Source: Nemertoderma westbladi (taxonomy: Eukaryota > Animalia > Xenacoelomorpha). Taken from it: a stretch of 64,000 bases of DNA. The position numbers and the translations under genes are program-made. Shown piece by piece: positions 62,521-64,000 of the stretch. The stretch is from assembly GCA_032718475.1 (NCBI GenBank), contig JAUCBJ010000788.1, positions 124,001 through 188,000 on the forward strand, written 5' to 3'. The notes under the pieces are model-generated. The model was not told the DNA's origin. It was given only the letters and a program-made list of their open reading frames with translations, and ran no database searches. How positions within the stretch are numbered: the first letter of the stretch is position 1; the number at the start of each line of letters is the position of its first letter.

Positions 62521-63508
62521 TAGTGTTGCTTTAGATTATTGCTTATATCAATAGAAGTGAAAAAAATTATAATTTAAAATCGGTCGGGGTCGGGGTCTTC
62601 AAATTTATAAAGTTTTAAAAGAATGTAAATTAAACGTATTATTGTTCGGTTCGGTATCTTCGATTTATTTATTTATTTTTAAGAATAAAAATATTTCTAT
62701 TCCCACACATTTTCTGTTGATGAAATGTTTATGTCAACAGAAGAAGTGAAAAATCGTCTTTAATCACAAAAAACCTTTAACCAAATTACCAGTGAAACAA
62801 ATTACCATGGTATGGGGAATATTGAATCCTTGCCTTATAATGACTGTGGATTGGATTGGATATTCTTTACTTAATTAATTCATATTGTTTTTAAGTGGGA
62901 AATTTGAAAGTTTAAAAACATAATTCATTCGTAAATAACGAATGACGTAGATTTTATCAATTTTCAACCAAATTTTGTATGGCTATACTAAAGAAAAAGT
63001 TCCAATATTTTTTAAAGTTACGGGTTAATCCCTCACGAACTTTTCACTCCAGATCAAATTGATTTTTTTGCCAATTTTTGCCAAAGTTCGCGGGCTGCAC
63101 GACGCCTCACGAACGTGTTGCAGGTGTAGGGAGATAGCTGCTGTACTTTACTGCAGTAATCTCACCACACTCGTTTAGTAGTCCAACAGTGTTGAGAATT
63201 CAATTATCAAAACCTACCTTGGGTATTTATAAAAATGTTTGGCACAGCCAGTATTTTTCAAAAAATGTGAAAGTCTCTGGGGGGTATAGCGCATTTTCTG
63301 ACCAAAAACCGAGAGCCGTTTTTCCATCTGGCTCTGATATATCGCGATATCGGTAAATGCGATGAAGTTTGGGATTTGCATTTTCTACAAGTTTCTGTGC
63401 TCAGTGGAGACAATTGGATGTCTCCACGAGAAAGAGCACAAAATTTTAATTGAGAAGGTAATTTTTTATGATTATTGGAAATACTGGTCAGTTTATAAGA
63501 CAACTTTA

Positions 63509-63903
63509 TAAGGCGACTCTGCGGTCTTTGTGGGATTACGCGGAATAGACTTATCGGTCAACGGAGATTTTCAAAATGAATAATCTCCAGTTCTAGTGGT
63601 CGTACGAAGTTCGTTTTAGGCTCAATCGAAAGCACCTTTCTCAGATAACAAAGTTACCATTTGATATTTAAGATGAAATACTATAGATGCGATGCAACAT
63701 AACATAAATTTGGTTCAAATATGGCTTGCAAATTTTGTTCAAGTCATGATTGTTCAGGCAGCGTTCAAGAGTTTGTCAAACCAAATAGTAACTTTGTTAT
63801 CGGAGAAAAGTTATCACTAGAACTGGAGATTATACATATTAAAGATCCCCAATGACCAATAAGTCTATTCCGTATAATCCCGCATAGACCGCGGAGTCGC
63901 TTA
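63509..63903. mobile_element. MITE with long TIRs
   Basis: GCGACTCTGCGGTC..GGAATAGACTTAT..TAATCTCCAGTTCTAGTG is inverted at 63815-63903. Confidence 0.8.
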
Positions 63904-64000
63904 ATCGAGTCCCGTCATTGTTGAAGTTGTACTTGAACTGGAATTGAAATTGTCTTATAATAATAAATCATAAAAAATACATTTGAAATTAAAATTGTGT

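Overview
AT-rich animal (invertebrate-like) genomic DNA dominated by nested mobile elements; it is not prokaryotic. From left to right: an RTE-like LINE fragment; an 8.3 kb satellite of 188 x 44 bp; a pol-less BEL/Pao-type element (C, minus strand); and a decayed BEL/Pao element (A, plus strand, 16.3-41.0 kb). Element A hosts a young, full-length BEL/Pao element (B, minus strand, 18559-32822, 5-bp TSD ATCTT), a TA-flanked MITE, an RT-less LINE and an RTE insertion. The right third holds host genes: a three-exon iodothyronine deiodinase selenoprotein (in-frame UGA plus a 3'UTR SECIS), an intronless calaxin/EFCAB1, and terminal exons of a probable Ly6/three-finger protein, among CRE-type LINEs, a tRNA-SINE and many MITEs. 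Most notably, BEL elements B and C, dissimilar at the DNA level, share an accessory ORF (in the env position in B) encoding a DEDDy-type 3'-5' exonuclease fused to a triple zinc-knuckle domain. Element B also carries two families of repeated structured RNA: kink-turn/UUCG hairpins in its LTRs, and three covarying stems upstream of the accessory ORF. All calls come from reading the sequence by eye; no database searches were run.
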